64,000 bases of DNA, from contig CAWHZZ010000001.1 in assembly GCA_963833965.1 (NCBI GenBank), forward strand, positions 520,274-584,273, written 5' to 3'. A program made the position numbers and the translations under genes. How positions within the stretch are numbered: the first letter of the stretch is position 1; the number at the start of each line of letters is the position of its first letter. The stretch is from an uncultured Verrucomicrobiae bacterium (GTDB lineage: Bacteria > Chlamydiota > Chlamydiia > Chlamydiales > Rhabdochlamydiaceae). Below, in pieces: positions 36,610-46,093 of the stretch. The notes under the pieces were generated by a model. That model searched no databases. It had not been told where the DNA came from and worked only from the letters and a program-made list of their open reading frames with translations.

Positions 36610-37882
36610 GCGATAGCTGTTTGCTCTTTCTATGATAGGCAAACAGCTCTCCATAATGGCCCCAGCGAACAAGCGCGTACAGCTGTTCGCTGGCGTCTTG
36701 ATAGGGAAGCTCCTTATTTAAGAAAGTGATCAAATGCTCTCTGTCCAATGTGTGGTTCGGAGCTTTTTTCAATAGGTCGCACACCTTGACAAATAGCGGG
36801 ATCACCTGCAGCTGCTCTTTCCAGATTTTTTTGCGCTTCTCTTCATTTGCCTTCAAAAACTCTTTGCCCTTTTTTGTTAGAGAGACCGTTCGATGCAAAA
36901 TTTCAATAAAATCTAAAAGTTCTGCTGCCTGCAAGACAACAGTCACTTTGTCGAAATGCTGATGGCTCTCGGCCCCAATTTTAAAGATGTCTTTGGAGCC
37001 GCCCCGCGCACTTAAGTAGTGTAAAAGACCGACGATCTCATCGAGGCTCACCGGCAGCAGCGGACCGATCTTATCTCTTTTGGGAGCAGGTTTGGCCTTT
37101 TCCGGCGTCTTAATGCGCCCATAGGTGTCGTGCAGCTGTTCGACCAAGCTTAAAAACTCAGGGGAATGATAGTCCCTGGGTCTTGGGATTTTATTTTCAA
37201 TCACCGCATGGGCTGTCGCCGGCATTGGGCTGAGCACCAAGATCCGATCGGCCATAAAGGAGACCTCTTGCACATCGTGGGAAACGAGTACGATGGAGCT
37301 TAAATTGATTTCCTTATTCGCCCAAATTTTGATCAACTCCGTTCGCAGCGCCTCTGCAGTAAACGCATCCAGTTCGCTGAAAGGCTCATCCATGAAAAGA
37401 ATTTTAGGATTGCGCACGAGCGCCCTTGCAATCCCGACCCGCTGCTTCATGCCTCCAGAAAGCTCTTTGGGATAAGCCTCCTCAAAGCCGGCAAGCCCGA
37501 TCATCGCAATCGCCTCTTGGGTCTTTTTCTCCATCTCCTCAACAGAAAACCGCGCGGCCTTCAATACTGTCTCAATGTTTTGTTTCACCGTCATCCAAGG
37601 AAGCAGGGCAAAACTCTGAAAGACCATCGCACTATCCGGCATAAGCCCATGAAGTTCTTGGCCCTGATAGAGGATTTGACCTTTTGTTGGCGGGATCAAG
37701 CCCGCCAAAATCCGCAGAAGTGTGGACTTTCCGCCCCCAGATGCGGCGATGATCGCGACGACCTCGTCCGGATAAACCGCTAAATCGATTTTCTCCAAGA
37801 CGTGCAGCGTTTGACCGTGCGGCGAGGGAAAATCCTTACTGATCTCTTTTGCCTCAAAAAGAGGCTCATTGTGATTAGACAT
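36599..37882 (-). CDS. ABC transporter ATP-binding protein (NitT/TauT-type) with a C-terminal accessory domain
   Basis: Walker A ASGGGKST, signature LSGGMKQR and Walker B LFMDEP, plus a C-terminal extension of about 170 aa. The ATG at 37882 overlaps the permease stop. Confidence 0.85.
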   Translation of the reverse strand: MSNHNEPLFEAKEISKDFPSPHGQTLHVLEKIDLAVYPDEVVAIIAASGGGKSTLLRILAGLIPPTKGQILYQGQELHGLMPDSAMVFQSFALLPWMTVKQNIETVLKAARFSVEEMEKKTQEAIAMIGLAGFEEAYPKELSGGMKQRVGIARALVRNPKILFMDEPFSELDAFTAEALRTELIKIWANKEINLSSIVLVSHDVQEVSFMADRILVLSPMPATAHAVIENKIPRPRDYHSPEFLSLVEQLHDTYGRIKTPEKAKPAPKRDKIGPLLPVSLDEIVGLLHYLSARGGSKDIFKIGAESHQHFDKVTVVLQAAELLDFIEILHRTVSLTKKGKEFLKANEEKRKKIWKEQLQVIPLFVKVCDLLKKAPNHTLDREHLITFLNKELPYQDASEQLYALVRWGHYGELFAYHRKSKQLSLTD

Positions 37883-39551
37883 TAAGCGCAAACCGTTTTT
37901 CCGAGTAATGATAGAGCCTGAGCCAAACCTGGTAATTGATGATCACAACAACAACCATCATGACGAGAATGCTCGCCGCTAAAAGAGGATAGTCGTTGTT
38001 TTGCGCCGCCATGCTGATCGCCGAGCCAATACCCGGTGTCGTCCAAACCTGGTGCTTATAAGTCACGTACTCCGCCACAATGCTAGCATTCCAAGCCCCT
38101 CCAGAGGCCGCCACCACTCCTGTGATCAGGTAAGGCACGATCGCCGGTAGCTGCAAAGAAAAAAAGCGATGGCGGCCCGAAAATTGAAAACTGCTCGTCA
38201 TCTCTTTTAAATCCGATGGGATCGCTTTTGCTCCGGCCATGACATTGAAGAGAACATACCACTGTGTGCCCATGAGCATCAGGACAATGCTGCCGATGCC
38301 CAGCGGAATTTTAAAAAGCACAAAAATCAAGATAAAAACAGGGAAAAGCAGTGTCGCCGGAAAAGAAGCGACGATTTGCAAGATCGGCTGCAACACCCGC
38401 GCTCTTTTTTCCACGGCGCATGCGGCGATGCCGAGAGGAACCATGACAACGATGCTAATCACGACGCAGAACACAACACGGGCAAACGTCATCGCCAGCA
38501 TTTTGCCCAGGTCCAGCCACTGGTCCAAGGTGACATTTTTTATCAGTTCGAAAACATAAATAGCGGCGATGCCAAGGAGGACAAGTAGGGTGATGACAAC
38601 GATTTTGCTGATTGCTTTGATCGTGAGGCGGAAGTTGAATGTTTTTATTTCTTTGTTTTTCCTATTTTGGAGCCACCTGCCTAGACGGTGGAGTTGGCCG
38701 CGGATAAGGCCGATGAAATAGGAGTTTTTTAAAACGTTTAAAAACCAAGAATGGGTTTCAAGAGGAGCGCTTGCCTCTTCGAGACGAAATCTCTGAGACC
38801 AAACAATCAGCGGCCTCCACAGAAACTGATCGATCGCCACGATTAGCAGGACCATCGCAATGATCGCCGCTATCATGGCCGGAACATCCTCATTCGACGC
38901 CGCCACGCTCATGTAAGAACCGAGCCCAGGAAGTCGGAAATCCCTACCTCTGAGCGTAAAAGCTTCATTGACCATGAGCAAAAACCAAGCGCCCGCCATG
39001 CTGATGATGCTATTCCAAGTTAAGCTTTGTACGGTGCAAGGAAGCTCGATCCATCGCAGTCGCTGCGAAGTGCTGAAGCGATAAACGGTGCCGCAATCGT
39101 TCTTTTCCAAGGGGACAGTACGGATTGAATGATAAACGCCAAAGACCATGTTCCACACCTGTGCAGTGAACATGAGCAGGATCGCGGCGAGTTCCAATCC
39201 CATGTTGCTGTGATGGAAAATCGCCAGAAACAAGAGCACAAATCCTGGCAAAAAGCCCAAAAAGGGAATGCTTTGAAAAATATCGATGAGCGGGATAAGC
39301 ACCCTCTCCGCAAACTTATCCTTAGCCGCCAAAAAGCCGATCGCGATGGCGAAGACCAGCGACAAAATATAGGCCGCAAAGCCGCGCGCGAAGGAAAAAA
39401 ACGTGTACTGCGGCAAATGCGCCAAAGACAGATCGATATCGACCTTTTCGCGTAAAGGGCCGAAGAATTGGCCCAAATAGCTTGAAAAGCCAACACAGAG
39501 GCAAATCGCGAGCACAACTAAAAAAAGGTCGGAAGTAATTTTGCGTTTCAT
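37875..39551 (-). CDS. ABC transporter permease with a duplicated (fused) transmembrane domain
   Basis: 558-aa polytopic protein made of two permease-like halves. Confidence 0.82.
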   Translation of the reverse strand: MKRKITSDLFLVVLAICLCVGFSSYLGQFFGPLREKVDIDLSLAHLPQYTFFSFARGFAAYILSLVFAIAIGFLAAKDKFAERVLIPLIDIFQSIPFLGFLPGFVLLFLAIFHHSNMGLELAAILLMFTAQVWNMVFGVYHSIRTVPLEKNDCGTVYRFSTSQRLRWIELPCTVQSLTWNSIISMAGAWFLLMVNEAFTLRGRDFRLPGLGSYMSVAASNEDVPAMIAAIIAMVLLIVAIDQFLWRPLIVWSQRFRLEEASAPLETHSWFLNVLKNSYFIGLIRGQLHRLGRWLQNRKNKEIKTFNFRLTIKAISKIVVITLLVLLGIAAIYVFELIKNVTLDQWLDLGKMLAMTFARVVFCVVISIVVMVPLGIAACAVEKRARVLQPILQIVASFPATLLFPVFILIFVLFKIPLGIGSIVLMLMGTQWYVLFNVMAGAKAIPSDLKEMTSSFQFSGRHRFFSLQLPAIVPYLITGVVAASGGAWNASIVAEYVTYKHQVWTTPGIGSAISMAAQNNDYPLLAASILVMMVVVVIINYQVWLRLYHYSEKRFALNV

Positions 39552-40111
39552 CCTTTTTTGTTATAACGATTTTAAATATCATCGGCAAAGATATATATAC
39601 ATACAGCCCTCTTCGCGAGAATCTATTTGCGGCGCCTTGAATCAACTCGGGTATAATGTTGTTCCGATTTCCGCTCTCCAAAACTTAATCAAACTTGATC
39701 ATTTCTGATCAAAAGATCAACTTTGGTCGAGAAATATCATTTTCTCGGTTTAATTTCTTGGTGCTGCGAAGAAGTTCGCTATTTTGCCCCCGCGGTGTCT
39801 CATGGACACCACTAGGCAAAATACACCAAGCCCATCGCTCTTTAATAAAAGCGACGCACCTACTTTGCCGCGGATTGGCTCAGGCGGATGATAAGATTCT
39901 TGAGGTTTTTTTAGAGTCATCAGATTACCTCTTTCTAAAACTCACATTTATCCAAGAAGCTATTGCTTATCAATAAATTTCATTTTTAGAAAAGTTACAA
40001 ACTGAAACAGTCAATATCTGATCGATTCTCAATCACATTCAATATTAAGTAAGTTCAAACGAAATGACCTTCTTGCGATCGTCGATTATACGGGCTTTGA
40101 CGCCCAGAGCC

Positions 40112-40981
40112 CTAGGCCGTCTGATAGATCTTTTCGGCGGGGGCTGAAGCGACGCCGAGTTCAGCCGCGACCGCGTCGATTCCTTGCTGCGCGACCTTGA
40201 GGTCCACCTTACCGTCTCGGGTGTAGTACGGGCCGATGTAGCGTTCGTAATACTGCTTCGCTTCATCGCGCGTCAATCGGTTGAGGAACGACGCGATGTA
40301 GTTGACGGCCAAGTCGGGTTGTTCGGCGATCGTCAGGAGGGCCCGCTGGTTGGCCCGCACAAGCGCTTGCAACGCAGGGCTGTCCAGTGGGATATGCGCG
40401 GGGTCCACGACGATGCCCACAGTAGGGATCTGGAAGTGATCGCCGACCCAGGCCAGCAGGTGAAACCCTTCTTCCTCGGCGACCTGTTCGGGCGAGAACG
40501 TGCTGCCTACAAAGGCGGCGTCGATGGAGCCATCCCGAAGGCGTCGCAAGTCCATCTGGTAGTCACCCGGAGCTCGCGCCAGACATTCTACTTCGCGGTC
40601 GGGATCCAGGCCGTGCTTGCGCAGGACGATCCGAGCGAAACAGCCGGGAGCCGTGTGGGCGGCGTGGACCGCCAGCCGGCGCCCGCGAAGATCCGCCATG
40701 GATCTCACACCAGCGCTGCCGAGAAACCAGAATAGCGGACGATGGGTGTTGACGCTGAGCACTTTCCAGTCGATGCCATCAGTCAGCCGCGACAATAAAG
40801 TCCGGCCCAGACCGATCGTCGCGCCGCGGCGCAGACGCTCTGTTTTCCATTTGATCCCGTCGCGGATGGCGACGTGGACATCTTCATCCTCGTAATAGCC
40901 TTCCTGGTCGGCAACATAGGCGACCATTTCCTCGTGGACACCGCGGCCAACATAAGCCAGGTCGATAGTGTGCATGTTCAA
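40112..40981 (-). CDS. NMT1/THI5-like (SsuA/TauA periplasmic-binding-protein fold) protein without a signal peptide
   Basis: 289 aa with a GC-rich coding sequence. It starts MNMHTIDLAYVGRGVHEEMVAY and has no hydrophobic leader. The assignment rests on overall resemblance only. Confidence 0.5.
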   Translation of the reverse strand: MNMHTIDLAYVGRGVHEEMVAYVADQEGYYEDEDVHVAIRDGIKWKTERLRRGATIGLGRTLLSRLTDGIDWKVLSVNTHRPLFWFLGSAGVRSMADLRGRRLAVHAAHTAPGCFARIVLRKHGLDPDREVECLARAPGDYQMDLRRLRDGSIDAAFVGSTFSPEQVAEEEGFHLLAWVGDHFQIPTVGIVVDPAHIPLDSPALQALVRANQRALLTIAEQPDLAVNYIASFLNRLTRDEAKQYYERYIGPYYTRDGKVDLKVAQQGIDAVAAELGVASAPAEKIYQTA

Positions 40982-40999
40982 AACCTCTTGCTGAATGCT

Positions 41000-41746
41000 T
41001 CAATCCATGTCAAGGCCGCCATTGACTGAAAAATAATGGCCGGTGGTGAAACCAGAATCGTCACTTGCGAAAAACGACACCGTTTTGGCAACCTCTTCGG
41101 GACTGACAAGCCGCCCCATAGGATTGGTTGAGCCGAGTTTCTGAACCTCTTCAGCAGTTAACTTCTGCGTTGTCTTTGTTCCACCCACCGTACCCGGCGC
41201 GACAAGATTCGCGGTGATCCCGTGCGGCGCAAGCTCGAGGGCAATGTATCGAACAAACTGGTCTAGCGCCGCCTTGGCGGTACCCAGCGCGATCATTCCG
41301 TTGCGAGGTTTGCGCGACAACCCTGTACTCAGATACACTAGGCGGCCATAATTGCGGGACAGCATCCCTGGAACAACTGCTTTGGTCATGAGGAAAGCGG
41401 CATGAAGTTCGCGGTCCAACTTGCCGCCAAGCTGTTCCCAACTGAGATTGGCGAAAGAGGTGACATCAAAAGGGATCAAGGCGTTGTGCACGAGCACATC
41501 GACCCCACCCCACCGTTGTTCGGTTTCACGCACCATGCGGGTGACATCGTTTGGTACCGTGACATCAGCTTGTATCGCCATGGCTTCCCCACCAACCTTT
41601 CCGATAGCCGTCACTATCTCTTCTGCTTCTTTGGCACTGGAACGATAGTTGACGACCACTCGGAACCCGCTTTTGGCGAGAACCAAAACCGTCGCCGCGC
41701 CGATTCCCCGGCTGGCCCCAGTGACGATCACAACACGACGCGACAT
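41000..41746 (-). CDS. Short-chain dehydrogenase/reductase (SDR) family oxidoreductase
   Basis: Motifs VVIVTGASRGIGAA and LVHNALI, with a GC-rich coding sequence. A canonical YxxxK is not obvious; the corresponding position reads LGTAKAAL. Confidence 0.8.
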   Translation of the reverse strand: MSRRVVIVTGASRGIGAATVLVLAKSGFRVVVNYRSSAKEAEEIVTAIGKVGGEAMAIQADVTVPNDVTRMVRETEQRWGGVDVLVHNALIPFDVTSFANLSWEQLGGKLDRELHAAFLMTKAVVPGMLSRNYGRLVYLSTGLSRKPRNGMIALGTAKAALDQFVRYIALELAPHGITANLVAPGTVGGTKTTQKLTAEEVQKLGSTNPMGRLVSPEEVAKTVSFFASDDSGFTTGHYFSVNGGLDMD

Positions 41747-41842
41747 TGTTTACCTCCTTCTGAACAACAAACCTAACCGTAGCCAGACAATATATATTGA
41801 TCAATGCTATATGTAAGACCGAAACAACAGAAAGGAGTTTTC

Positions 41843-42781
41843 ATGGCTGCATCTTCCGATCTTCGGCTAACTAGAATTGCGCTCAACAACGGAAGCGGCT
41901 CTATACCCGCACTCGGCTGCGGCACCCTGATTCCCGGCGCAGCCGAGACCAAGGCCGCGACCAAAGCCGCGCTCGAGGCCGGGTTTCGACATTTCGATTG
42001 TGCAGAGCGTTACAAGAATGAGCGCGAGGTAGGCGAGGCGTTGCGAGCAGGGCTTGCCGCTGGGGGAATCTCGCGCGCAGACATTTTTGTTACCACAAAG
42101 TTGTGGAACACCAATCATCGGCCCGAGCGTGTCGAACCCGCCTTCAATGCGAGTCTCGACAGACTCGGTCTCAGTTATCTGGATCTCTATCTCATTCACA
42201 CTCCTTTTGCATTTCAACCGGGGGACGATCAGGACCCACGAGATAAAAACGGCAATGTCATCTACGACAAAGGAGTGACATTGATCGATACCTGGAGAGC
42301 AATGGAAAGTCTTGTGGACCACGGCAGATGCCGGGCCATCGGACTGTCGGACATGAGCTTGGACGAACTGCTGCCCATCTACGAATCTGCACGAATCAAG
42401 CCATCCGTGGTCCAGGTCGAAGCCCATCCGTATCTGCCGGAAACGGAGCTTTTGGAATTCTGCAAGAAAAAAGGTATAGTGTTATTGGCCTTCGCGCCAT
42501 TAGGTCATGGAATGCACCCAGGGCTGCTCGAAGATCCAGTCATTTTGAAGATCGCCGCACGAGTTGGAAAGACGCCAGCACAAGTGCTGCTAGCATGGGC
42601 AGTGCAGCGCGGCACCGCTGTGCTTACCACACCCAAAACTGTGGCTCGTGCGAGAGAGAATTTTGATATTTCCGTCCTCCCTGAAGACACGTTTAATGAA
42701 ATCAGTCGCATTCAGACTAGGGAAAGGCTCAATAAAGTGGTGAAGACGGGTGTCCCAGGTTTCATCGCGCAAGGGGAATGA
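41843..42781 (+). CDS. Aldo/keto reductase
   Basis: AKR tetrad context FDCAERYKNE, TTKLW and LYLIHTP. The ATG at 41843 is preceded by AAAGGAG. Confidence 0.85.
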   Translation: MAASSDLRLTRIALNNGSGSIPALGCGTLIPGAAETKAATKAALEAGFRHFDCAERYKNEREVGEALRAGLAAGGISRADIFVTTKLWNTNHRPERVEPAFNASLDRLGLSYLDLYLIHTPFAFQPGDDQDPRDKNGNVIYDKGVTLIDTWRAMESLVDHGRCRAIGLSDMSLDELLPIYESARIKPSVVQVEAHPYLPETELLEFCKKKGIVLLAFAPLGHGMHPGLLEDPVILKIAARVGKTPAQVLLAWAVQRGTAVLTTPKTVARARENFDISVLPEDTFNEISRIQTRERLNKVVKTGVPGFIAQGE

Positions 42782-42869
42782 ATTGGAAAGATATACCCTT
42801 CATGCATTTCCCTGGCGAGGACACACTCTAAGCTTGCCCTGATAATCAGAAAATTTTATTGTCACCGGG

Positions 42870-43859
42870 ATGAAATCTTCCCTTAAAACATCGATTTATC
42901 TAGAATCTTTAGTCTTATGCATTCATCTCATCTTTTTATCTAGCTGCGCCGATCTTTTCGCTTTCGATGTTAGAACAGACCTCGAACTCAACACCGGTTA
43001 TCGCAATGACAGCCTGCAGCGCAAAAACACCTTAGAATTAGTGCCTCCTGAAGTGGATCAAACAGATGAAATCAAAATCAATAATATTTCGATTTGGCAA
43101 GTCGGGATGAATGCCCGTTTTTTGATGTCGCCTTTCTCTCACAAACATTTCCAGGGAGGTTCGCGTTTTCATAACTTTTATCTCTCCGGATTTGCCTTTT
43201 GGGGCTGGAACATAGCCAACCCCCATCTACGCGAAACCATCCAAGGCTATTCCCAAAAACAAATTGGCAGGGCGGAGGTCAACGATGTCCACACCTACGA
43301 CTTTCAGATTGGTGCAGGATATCTTGTCGATTGGAAACATTGGAACTTTAGTTTTTCTGGCGGCTACGCCTTCGACAAGCAAAAAATAGATACAAGCCAC
43401 GGCCAAATATCATATCCCAGCGGCGCACCCTTTGAAGACGCTCCCCTTTATGGAAATGGCTATATGACGACTACGATATGGAAAGGGGCTTGGATAGGAA
43501 TCGATTTGGCTTATATTTGGCGCCATTGGAAAGCCAAAACTGGATACGAATTCCATTTTGCCCACTACACTGCAAATCATTCTATCCCCGTAGGCTACAT
43601 CGCAGGGGTAGAAGGATACAAGACTTATACAAAAGCTAATGGTGCCCACGGCAATGTCTTTTTCTTAAATGGAGCCTACTTGTTTTGCACTCGATGGGAA
43701 CTGGGGGCTTGGTTCAAATATCAGCATTGGAACGCAAGGGATGGCCATCTGACCAGTCCTTTCTTTTCTGCAAATGGATTTCCTTCTACAACTAAGGTGA
43801 TAGCTTCTGGAAAGTGGATTTCATATAGCATCAATCTCGGCATAGGTTGCGCATTTTAA
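42870..43859 (+). CDS. Putative outer-membrane beta-barrel protein
   Basis: Signal peptide, alternating aromatic/Gly-rich strands, and a C-terminal ...LGIGCAF ending in Phe. Confidence 0.55.
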   Translation: MKSSLKTSIYLESLVLCIHLIFLSSCADLFAFDVRTDLELNTGYRNDSLQRKNTLELVPPEVDQTDEIKINNISIWQVGMNARFLMSPFSHKHFQGGSRFHNFYLSGFAFWGWNIANPHLRETIQGYSQKQIGRAEVNDVHTYDFQIGAGYLVDWKHWNFSFSGGYAFDKQKIDTSHGQISYPSGAPFEDAPLYGNGYMTTTIWKGAWIGIDLAYIWRHWKAKTGYEFHFAHYTANHSIPVGYIAGVEGYKTYTKANGAHGNVFFLNGAYLFCTRWELGAWFKYQHWNARDGHLTSPFFSANGFPSTTKVIASGKWISYSINLGIGCAF

Positions 43860-43900
43860 TATTCAAAAATCAAACCTTCCTAATTGAGAGAACCTCTCTT

Positions 43901-45445
43901 ATGTATAACCAACTGATAAAAAACACTTATGCCGAAGATGATTCAAAAGTTGGGAATTGGGCAAGGCGGTTGCGCAAATTCCCAACTTTAGAATCATTTT
44001 CGGTATATATAGGAACAATCTTTTATTTGCTTTTCCACACGTGTGCACTCTGGGGTGACATTCCTCCCTCGCTACAAGGATTGCCTTACGGAATATACCC
44101 AACAAGTCCTACATATAATACTGAGCGTCTGAACTACAATAAACGCTTTGTCGTCTTTCCTCAGGCAATTTTTGCCCCTACAACAAATGATGAAGTCGTC
44201 TATGTCCTGACTCAATTGAAACAATATAACCTACCTTTTGCGGTCCGATCCGGAGGTCATTGCTTTGAACCGGGATCTCTATCCCCAGACTATGTGATCG
44301 ATGTTTCGAATTTTAACTCTATAATACCCAATATAGGAACTGGAGAAGTTTATATCGGAGCAGGTTGCCTTCTCTTGGATGTACTCAATGCCCTTGGTCT
44401 CATCGATTATGCTATCCCTTCCGGCGAATGCCCAACAGTAGGCATTACAGGGCTGACATTGGGGGGCGGCATAGGATTGCTAACCCGCCCCTACGGCCTG
44501 ACTTGCGATTCGGTAAAGAGCATTACTTTAGTCAATGCCGCATGCGAAGTGATCGAAGTTAATGAATCCAGCTACCCAGATCTATTTTGGGCTCTCCGTG
44601 GAGGTGGAAACGGATCTTATGGAATCGTCCTTGGCTTTACGTTTCAAATGCAATACATTCCAACGGTTACATACTATGAGCTTCTCTGGGAGTATGATGT
44701 GGACCTGATCGCTCCTTTGATGAAAGCCTGGCAATCCTGGGTTGGCACATTGCCCGATACGATTTCTTCAATATTGGGAATCCGACATCCAGGAAGTCTC
44801 GCTGCCTCACCTGCAACATCTCCACCGCTAACGATTCGTATATCTGGACTTAAATTAGGTTCAGCACCTTTCACGGAATGGCAAAGTGCTTTCTTTCGCT
44901 TTAACCCCACCATTACCCTGTTCACCGGGAGTTACCTCGATTCCTCAGCGTATTGGGCGAGGGAGAGCACAAAGCCTTTCAATAAGGCAAAGTCCAGAAT
45001 TTTGATGAACCCCATCACTTCGAAAACGACAAAGAAGATAACCAAGTTCTTTAAAAAAATCGATGCGACCAATCCAGATTATACGGTTTATTTTGAGTTC
45101 GATGCTTTAGGAGGAAAAACACCGGATAATCAAACCGCATTTTTCCCTCGCAATGCATTTGGATGGTGGTATCAGGCCTACTTTTGGGATTTTGAAGAGG
45201 AGACGCCACAAATATTAGCGCTTAGCAGAAACTTTTTCGCAAACATTCCTAATGAAGTGTCCAATTACTGCTATGCAAATGTCGTCGATTACGACCTTGG
45301 AAAATATTATCTTTGGGCCTACTACGGCAATCTTGCAGGACACCTAATCAAAATAAAGCAAAAATACGATCCGGCAAATTTTTTTAACTGGGAACAAAGC
45401 ATTCCCGTTATCAATTCCGTGCCAGGCAGTTTAATTGCTCAATAG
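43901..45445 (+). CDS. FAD-linked oxidase (FAD_binding_4 / berberine-bridge-enzyme-like)
   Basis: Motifs VRSGGHCFEPGS, GLTLGGGIG and LFWALRGGGNGSYGIV, with a C-terminal BBE-like YDPANFF. The ATG at 43901 is preferred over the overlapping TTG at 43847. Confidence 0.82.
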   Translation: MYNQLIKNTYAEDDSKVGNWARRLRKFPTLESFSVYIGTIFYLLFHTCALWGDIPPSLQGLPYGIYPTSPTYNTERLNYNKRFVVFPQAIFAPTTNDEVVYVLTQLKQYNLPFAVRSGGHCFEPGSLSPDYVIDVSNFNSIIPNIGTGEVYIGAGCLLLDVLNALGLIDYAIPSGECPTVGITGLTLGGGIGLLTRPYGLTCDSVKSITLVNAACEVIEVNESSYPDLFWALRGGGNGSYGIVLGFTFQMQYIPTVTYYELLWEYDVDLIAPLMKAWQSWVGTLPDTISSILGIRHPGSLAASPATSPPLTIRISGLKLGSAPFTEWQSAFFRFNPTITLFTGSYLDSSAYWARESTKPFNKAKSRILMNPITSKTTKKITKFFKKIDATNPDYTVYFEFDALGGKTPDNQTAFFPRNAFGWWYQAYFWDFEEETPQILALSRNFFANIPNEVSNYCYANVVDYDLGKYYLWAYYGNLAGHLIKIKQKYDPANFFNWEQSIPVINSVPGSLIAQ

Positions 45446-45465
45446 ATTGAGCTCTCTGTACTTGA

Positions 45466-45497
45466 CCGGTTCGCGGCATGCAGGCCGCTTCACTTCG
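45466..45497 (+). repeat. Isolated 32-nt fragment of the 148-bp repeat core, with its hairpin loop inverted
   Basis: CCGGTTCGCGGC-ATGCAG-GCCGCTTCACTTCG here versus CCGGTTCGCGGC-CTGCAT-GCCGCTTCACTTCG in the array units. The two are identical except that the 6-nt loop is reverse-complemented. Confidence 0.8.
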
Positions 45498-45839
45498 CCC
45501 TCCGGGCCAGTTCAAGCGATGCTTCGCACGCTTCCTTGGAACTTTCAATCGCATTTGCAGGCTTTCCTTACAATACAGACGGTAGATTCTTTTGTGGTTC
45601 ACGGACCACCCTTCCCGCTGCAACAAAGTGTGAATCCGACGATAACCATAGCGTACACGGATTGATGCGATTTCTTTGACCCGTTTAACTAAAAATGCCT
45701 GATCTCCTCGAATTGACTTGTAACGGTGCATAGATCGGCGAATATGCAGCACTGCACAAGCTCTTCTTTCGCTCACTCGATGAACGAGAACTAGCTCTTT
45801 GACTAGTTCGCGTTGGAGAGCAGGCTTTAAAGCTTTTTT
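45498..45839 (-). pseudogene. IS3-family transposase OrfB, N-terminal fragment only
   Basis: The -1 frame from the slippery site reads KKALKPALQRELVKELVLVHRVSERRACAVLHIRRS...YGYRRIHTLLQREGWSVNHKRIYRLYCKESLQMRLK. Similarity then ends where the repeat fragment begins. Confidence 0.75.
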
Positions 45840-46093
45840 GAAAGCACCTCTTGCAGCATGTGTTTGTCTAGATTCAAATCAGCTACAAGCTGCTTTAATC
45901 GACGATTTTCCTCTTCCAATTGTTTTAACCGTCGAAGTTCGGAAGGCATCAGCCCACCATATTTCTTCTTCCATTGGTAAAATGTTGCCTGCGAAATGCC
46001 AAGCTTGCGACAAATTTCGTCGATAATGGTTCCGTTTTCTGCCTGTTTCAAAGCGAAAACTATTTGCTCTTCCGTAAATTTGCTTTTCTTCAT
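45827..46093 (-). CDS. IS3-family transposase OrfA (HTH)
   Basis: MKKSKFTEEQIVFALKQAENGTIIDEICRKLGISQATFYQWKKKYGG...LEEENRRLKQLVADL. Confidence 0.85.
   Translation of the reverse strand: MKKSKFTEEQIVFALKQAENGTIIDEICRKLGISQATFYQWKKKYGGLMPSELRRLKQLEEENRRLKQLVADLNLDKHMLQEVLSKKL

Noticed and set aside
39695-39976. 93-aa plus-strand ORF in the 560-bp gap
   Set aside because: It has a non-ATG start, no RBS, and a composition typical of random AT-rich sequence.
41000-41746. Possible inactive SDR (no obvious YxxxK)
   Set aside because: I cannot align reliably by eye, and divergent SDR classes place the catalytic Tyr differently. The point is noted in the feature evidence, but there are no grounds to claim loss of function.
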